Source: Bacillota bacterium
Lineage (GTDB): Bacteria > Bacillota > Sulfobacillia > Sulfobacillales > JAIMBI01
Assembly (NCBI GenBank): GCA_021820465.1
Contig: JAKADP010000001.1
Coordinates: 45,119-109,118, forward strand
DNA: 64,000 bases
Reading direction: 5' to 3'
In this document: positions 60,398 to 64,000 of the stretch, piece after piece
Numbering within the stretch: position 1 is the first letter of the stretch
How the letters are laid out: every line of letters begins with the position of its first letter
The notes under the pieces: model-generated
Database searches by the model: none
The model's input: the letters and a program-made list of their open reading frames with translations, nothing else
Told to the model about the DNA's origin: nothing
Translations under genes and position numbers: made by a program

Positions 60398-61758
60398 CGG
60401 CGATCCTCCACCAGCTGCTGCACGACGCGGTCCAAGCCGACAGCCCGACCCGCCTTCAGATAAACCACGTCGCCGGCCTTCAGCTCGCGCCGCAAAGCCA
60501 CCGCCAACTCATCCAGTCCGGCGAAGACGGCCGTCGGAGTCCCAGCGGCCTGGGCAGCCTCCGCGGCCCAGCGCGCCCGATCGCCCACCGCCCACACCAG
60601 GTCCGCCGAGCGCGCCGCCGCAGCCCCCACTTCGCGGTGGAGCGCTTCTTCCGTGGCGCCCAGCTCCAGCATGTCGCCCAGCACCGCGAGGCGCCGCCCC
60701 GATTCCTGGGCCAGCACCGCCAGTCCGGCCAGCGCCGACGCCGGGCTGGCGTTGTAGGTATCGTCCAAAATGGTGAGCCCTCCTACCTCCATCCGGCGAA
60801 AGTGGCTGTCCTCCGCGCTGGCTTGCCCGAGCCGCGCGGCCACCTCCCCGAGCGGCAGTCCCAGGGCCCAGCCCACCGCGGCTGCCGCGGCGGCATTGTC
60901 TGCCTGGTGCACGCCGTCCCAGGGGAGGAGCACCGGGGCCGCCGCGGCCCCCATGCGCAGCTCAAAGCGGACGCCGCCCCGTTCGGCGCGAACCGCCCGA
61001 GCTTGGACGTCGGCGTCCGGCGTGCCGAACCACACCACGCGCGCAGACACACGGCTGGCGAGCCGCGCCACGCGGGGGTCCGCTCTGTTGAGCACCGCCA
61101 CGTCCCGGTGGGTCAGCCCGGCGAGAATTTCTGCCTTAGCCTCCGCCACGGCCTCGATGCTCCCCAGCTGGCCCACATGGGCGTAGCCGATGTTGGTCAG
61201 CACCGCCACCGACGGAGGCGCAATCGCGGTCAGCCGGGTAATCTCCCCCGCAGCCCGCATACCCATCTCCGCCACGAACCAGTCGAGCGGCGTGGGCTGG
61301 GCTACCAAGGCCATCGGCAGCCCAATGGCGGTGTTGAGGTTCCCAGGCGTGGCCCCCACCCGAAAGGTGCCGCCCAGCACCGCCTGGACCAGGGCCCGCG
61401 TGGACGACTTGCCGACGCTCCCGGTGATGCCCACCACCCGGGCGCCAGTGCGCTCCAAGGCCCAGCGGCCCACCAGCCCCAGGGCTTCGAGAGGGTTGTC
61501 GTGGAGCCACACGCGACTTTCGTCTACGTCTCCGGGGAGCGGTCCGGCCATGAGCACGGTGGAGCCCGCGGCCTGAGCCGCTCCCGCAAAATGCCTTCCG
61601 TGGGTGCGCGTGCCGGGCAGCGCGACAAATAAGCTATCCGGGCCCGCTTGCCGGCTGTCCACCACCACGCGGCTGAACTGTGCGGTGCGAGCCGCCGCGC
61701 CTACGGTCCCACCGGCCCGCCGGGCCGCCTCCGCCACGCCCAGCCTCACGACGGCCAC
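60394..61758 (-). CDS. murF: UDP-N-acetylmuramoyl-tripeptide--D-alanyl-D-alanine ligase
   Basis: 454 aa. It contains VGITGSVGKSSTR, NLNTAIGLP, DDTYNASP and VLGDMLELG. Confidence 0.9.
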   Translation of the reverse strand: MAVVRLGVAEAARRAGGTVGAAARTAQFSRVVVDSRQAGPDSLFVALPGTRTHGRHFAGAAQAAGSTVLMAGPLPGDVDESRVWLHDNPLEALGLVGRWALERTGARVVGITGSVGKSSTRALVQAVLGGTFRVGATPGNLNTAIGLPMALVAQPTPLDWFVAEMGMRAAGEITRLTAIAPPSVAVLTNIGYAHVGQLGSIEAVAEAKAEILAGLTHRDVAVLNRADPRVARLASRVSARVVWFGTPDADVQARAVRAERGGVRFELRMGAAAAPVLLPWDGVHQADNAAAAAAVGWALGLPLGEVAARLGQASAEDSHFRRMEVGGLTILDDTYNASPASALAGLAVLAQESGRRLAVLGDMLELGATEEALHREVGAAAARSADLVWAVGDRARWAAEAAQAAGTPTAVFAGLDELAVALRRELKAGDVVYLKAGRAVGLDRVVQQLVEDRR

Positions 61759-63314
61759 CCCAGCGCGGCAAGCGCCTCGCGCGCCACTTGGCGGTCGTCG
61801 AAGGGCACCACGCGATCGGCAAAGATCTGGTATCCCTCATGGCCCTTGCCGAGAATCATCACCACATCGCCGGGCTGGGCTGCCCGACATGCTTCATAAA
61901 TGGCTTGCCGCCGGTCGGACACCAGCGTCGGCCGCCCGCCCGCCTGGGACACCCCGACCGCGACGTCTCTCAAGATGGCGTCGGGATCTTCACTCCGCGG
62001 ATTGTCCGAAGTAATGATCGGCCAGTCCGCCAGGCGCCCCACCACTTCGCCCATGAGAGGGCGCTTCGCGCGGTCGCGGTCTCCGCCCGCGCCAAAGACA
62101 GCCACCAGGCGGCCCGCCGTCAACTCGCGCGCGGTGCTCAGGACATTCATGAGGCCGTCGGGGCTGTGCGCGTAATCCACCACCACCGAGAACGGCTGGC
62201 CCTGGTCCACGCGCTCGAACCGCCCCGGAACGCCCGGCACCGTGGCCAAGGCCTCCACCATGCGCGCCAGCGGCACGCCGGCCAGGTGACCCACGGCCAG
62301 GGCCCCCAGCGCGTTCGACACATTAAAGCGCCCTCCCAGCGGCACCTCCACCCGCACGGGATTCTCATCGGGGAGCCACAGCATGAATCGGCTGCCCCAC
62401 GTCCCAATCTCCACCGATTCGGCCCGCACATCCGCGGAAGCCGCAAAGCCGTAGCTCAAAATTGGCACCGTGGTCAATCCTACCAGTCGCCCGGCCCAGG
62501 GATCGTCGGCGTTGAGGATCGCGCGGCGCGGCCCTTTCGGGTCGCCGTGGCCCAGTCCTTCAAACAGGAGCGCCTTGGCCGAAAAGTAGTCTTCCATGTC
62601 CTCATGAAAATCCAAGTGATCCTGGGTGAGGTTGGTGAATACGCCGACATCGTACTGGACCCCCTCGACCCGATGCAGTGCCAGCGAGTGCGACGACACC
62701 TCCATCGCCACGGCGTGCTCGCCTGCCTTCACCATGTACCGCAGGGTGGCCTGCAAATCCGGAGCTTCCGGCGTGGTGCGCTCCGACGGGAGCGTCTCGC
62801 TGCCCACCATGGTGTGCACCGTCCCAATCACCCCACAGCGGATCCCGCCGGCCATTAGGAGCTGGCGAATCAGATGCGTGGTAGTGGTTTTCCCGTTGGT
62901 GCCGGTCACCCCCACCATCCACAGCTGGCGGCTCGGATCTTCAAACAGCACGCGCGCCGCGTGCGCAATGCCAATGCGCGAATGCGGCACCACGAGCGCC
63001 GCGCAGTCGCGCGGCACGACCTCGGGGCGCTCCACCAGGAGCGCGGCGGCGCCCCGGGCCCGCGCCTCCGCAATGTAGCGGTGGCCGTCGGTCCTAAAGC
63101 CCGGGATCGCGCAGAAAAGGTCGCCAGGCTCCACCAGCCGGCTGTCGTAGGTAATGCCGCGGACCGTAGCCGAGCCCATCACGCGCGCGCCAATCGCTTC
63201 GCCCAGCTTCTCCAGCGCCATCGGGGCGGGCCGCATCAGGCGGCCCTCATGTTTGGGTGTCATCCGCCACCATGCCTCACTTCTCCCGCCGTACGGGGCC
63301 AGACGTGCCATCAT
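61746..63314 (-). CDS. murE: UDP-N-acetylmuramoyl-L-alanyl-D-glutamate--2,6-diaminopimelate ligase
   Basis: It contains VGVTGTNGKTTTT, VDYAHSPD and the meso-DAP-specific ITSDNPRSEDP (DNPR). The ATG overlaps the PBP stop (ATGA). A later Met (MTPKHEG or MALEKL) is possible. Confidence 0.9.
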   Translation of the reverse strand: MMARLAPYGGRSEAWWRMTPKHEGRLMRPAPMALEKLGEAIGARVMGSATVRGITYDSRLVEPGDLFCAIPGFRTDGHRYIAEARARGAAALLVERPEVVPRDCAALVVPHSRIGIAHAARVLFEDPSRQLWMVGVTGTNGKTTTTHLIRQLLMAGGIRCGVIGTVHTMVGSETLPSERTTPEAPDLQATLRYMVKAGEHAVAMEVSSHSLALHRVEGVQYDVGVFTNLTQDHLDFHEDMEDYFSAKALLFEGLGHGDPKGPRRAILNADDPWAGRLVGLTTVPILSYGFAASADVRAESVEIGTWGSRFMLWLPDENPVRVEVPLGGRFNVSNALGALAVGHLAGVPLARMVEALATVPGVPGRFERVDQGQPFSVVVDYAHSPDGLMNVLSTARELTAGRLVAVFGAGGDRDRAKRPLMGEVVGRLADWPIITSDNPRSEDPDAILRDVAVGVSQAGGRPTLVSDRRQAIYEACRAAQPGDVVMILGKGHEGYQIFADRVVPFDDRQVAREALAALGWPS

Positions 63315-64000
63315 CCCGCCACCACAGGCATGGTGACGCCCGAGCGGACCTCATGGTTCGCCGGCCATTGCTGCCACTGTACACGACCATCCAGGTTCCC
63401 TTCTACATGAAGATTGATCCCAATGTCAAAAGCCACGTGCCGAGCCTCGGCGACGGACAGCCCCACCACCGCAGGCACCGCCACCCAGTCCAAGTAAATG
63501 CGAGGCCGGCTTCCGAGGGTCAGGGCCAGCACGGAGCCGGCGGGGCGGTATCCCCCGTACTCCACCGACTGATCCACCACCGTGGACCCGCGCCCGCGAA
63601 ACACGGGGCGAAACCCAAACCACTCCGCGTCGTGGCGGGCGTCGTCGGGGGCCAGATTGACCAAGTTGGGCACGAAGGCCGCCTCGCCAGGCTTGGTCCG
63701 CGGCGCAGGCGCCGTGGGCGGAATTTTCCAGTACGCCAAAATCTGCCGCAGCAGCCGCCCCACGACGGGAGCAGCGACCTGCCCCCCATAGTACGCTCCC
63801 TGCGGCTCATCGATCGAACACAAAATGACCACACGCGGGTGGGGGACAGGTGCAAATCCTACAAAAGACGAGATGTACACCCCCTTTTCCACGCGGCCCC
63901 CCACCACCTTCTGCGCCGTACCCGTTTTCCCGGCCACGTGGTATCCCGGCACCTGCGCGTTTTTCCCCGTGCCCTGGGCAACCACCCGCACCATCATCTC
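63311..64000 (-). CDS. Class B penicillin-binding protein (FtsI/SpoVD type), C-terminal part; the gene continues past the right window edge
   Basis: It contains VAGKTGTAQK (KTG motif) and SFVGFAP, followed by two PASTA-like repeats (VPNLVNLAPDDAR..., VPAVVGLSVAEARHV...). The frame is open to position 64000. Confidence 0.85.
   Translation of the reverse strand, partial: EMMVRVVAQGTGKNAQVPGYHVAGKTGTAQKVVGGRVEKGVYISSFVGFAPVPHPRVVILCSIDEPQGAYYGGQVAAPVVGRLLRQILAYWKIPPTAPAPRTKPGEAAFVPNLVNLAPDDARHDAEWFGFRPVFRGRGSTVVDQSVEYGGYRPAGSVLALTLGSRPRIYLDWVAVPAVVGLSVAEARHVAFDIGINLHVEGNLDGRVQWQQWPANHEVRSGVTMPVVAG

Noticed and set aside
1-64000. Scan for CRISPR arrays, IS or transposase or integrase genes, prophage remnants, toxin-antitoxin pairs, restriction-modification or other defence genes, and rRNA or tRNA genes.
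   Set aside because: No direct-repeat/spacer arrays were seen, and no DDE, tyrosine or serine recombinase motifs. No tRNA-like T-arm strings (GGTTCGAATCC-type) were seen either. The only repeats are the short tandem 11-12-mers listed. The window reads as conserved core chromosome.

Overview
The window is very GC-rich (roughly 70% G+C by eye) and looks like core chromosome of an endospore-forming Firmicute. It is densely packed: all supported genes except five lie on the minus strand.

Gene order, read right to left on the minus strand, closely mirrors the Bacillus subtilis region:
- dcw cluster: PBP-murE-murF-mraY-ftsW-murG-murB-murA-DUF881-sbp-ftsA-ftsZ
- spoIIGA-sigE-sigG
- ylmC-pgeF-yggS-sepF-yggT-divIVA
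- ileS, with a T-box leader
- lspA-rluD
- pyrR-pyrC-carA-carB-pyrK-pyrD-pyrF-pyrE

Further left are:
- rqcH (plus strand), a GNAT gene, moeA and an MFS pump
- dat, trmL and a Ca/Na antiporter
- qcrB-qcrC
- a SASP gene, a creatininase-family gene, an aminotransferase and murD
- typA and a shortened DnaE-like polymerase
- a plus-strand block of four genes: ECF sigma fusion, MFS, YIEGIA protein and zinc peptidase
- aroC-aroK-aroB and gcvT-gcvH-gcvPA

I found no rRNA, tRNA, CRISPR array, transposase, integrase or obvious defence island. I also cannot point to a clear-cut new multi-gene system.

The most unusual items are local departures from the conserved Firmicute layout:
- an ECF sigma factor fused to an unrecognised cysteine-linked C-terminal domain
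- a DnaE-like gene with a degenerate PHP domain and apparently no OB fold, translationally coupled to typA
- murD, pyrB, qcrA and divIB missing from their expected operon slots
- a cysteine-less SCO1/TlpA-like gene inserted between sigE and sigG
- two 12-bp tandem repeats at gene 5' ends
- a few long non-coding spacers that may hold regulatory RNAs

All calls rest on reading the supplied translations and the DNA by eye. Start codons were chosen from conserved N-termini plus Shine-Dalgarno (SD) motifs. No database search was run.
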